From NCBI RefSeq assembly GCF_006345805.1, contig NW_021828365.1, positions 1 to 8,693 on the forward strand: a DNA stretch of 8,693 nucleotides. The letters are read 5' to 3'. Every line of letters starts with the position of its first letter. The stretch's first letter is position 1. The stretch comes from Octopus sinensis. Lineage: Eukaryota. Below are positions 8,242 through 8,693 of this stretch, piece after piece. The position numbers were made by a program, and so were the translations under genes. Under the pieces are notes generated by a model that saw only the letters and a program-made list of their open reading frames with translations, was not told the origin of the DNA and searched no databases.

Positions 8242-8288
8242 TGTCTTCTGGAACCAATTATCAACGTAGGATGAGGTATGCCGGCAGA

Positions 8289-8321
<33 letters not shown>

Positions 8322-8600
8322 TGTGTGTATGTGTGTGTGTGTGTGTCTCTGTGTGTGTTTCTTTGTGTGTATGTGTGTGTGTGTGTGTACATATATATAT
8401 AGGGAGAGAGAGGGGGAGAGAGAAAGACAGAGAGAAAATGAGGCAGAAGACAGACAGATAGACTAACAGAAACAGAAAGACAGACAGACAGACACACACA
8501 TATTTATATAGAGAGAAAAAGATAGATAGATAGGTAGATAGATAGATAGACAAACAAACAGATAGACAGACAGACACACACACACACACACACACACACA
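8289..8600. repeat. Compound (TG)n / (GA)n / (GACA)n / (GATA)n / (CA)n microsatellite
   Basis: Directly visible. Confidence 0.95.
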
Positions 8601-8693
8601 ATAGAGTCAAATACAGGTATATCAAATACTATATAACATAAACTTGACTCTTTTTTAAAACGTCATCTTAGTCTGTAGAGGATGTATTTAATT

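Larger units (their letters stand above)
5761..8284 (+). mobile_element. Decayed pogo/Tigger-family DNA transposon, 5'-truncated, carrying three nested SINEs
   Basis: Transposase remnant, AT-rich 3' region, and terminus ACGTAGGATGAGGTATGCCGG (8264-8284), which resembles the reverse complement of Tigger1-type TIR CAGGCATACCTCG. No left TIR was found. Confidence 0.8.

Overview
This is non-coding, repeat-dense animal DNA with no intact protein-coding gene; nearly all listed ORFs are translations of microsatellites. The mix of tRNA-derived SINEs and dense microsatellites resembles octopus/coleoid cephalopod genomes, but that is recognition from memory, not a search. The main structure is a decayed pogo/Tigger-type DNA transposon (~5761-8284) with a DDE_1 transposase pseudogene and a degenerate right TIR. 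Three different SINEs are nested in it, two with clear target-site duplications. Its 5' half is missing and is replaced by a Helentron/DINE-1-like hairpin element. Upstream lie a ~1 kb minisatellite of 21/23-bp hairpin-containing units with layered higher-order structure (821-1815), three more SINE copies or fragments, a ~460 bp insert embedded in (TTA)n, and one weak candidate 53-nt exon. I see no convincing evidence of a new biological system. The most interesting signals are the nested-insertion history, the two-headed SINE, SINE tail swapping and the minisatellite grammar.
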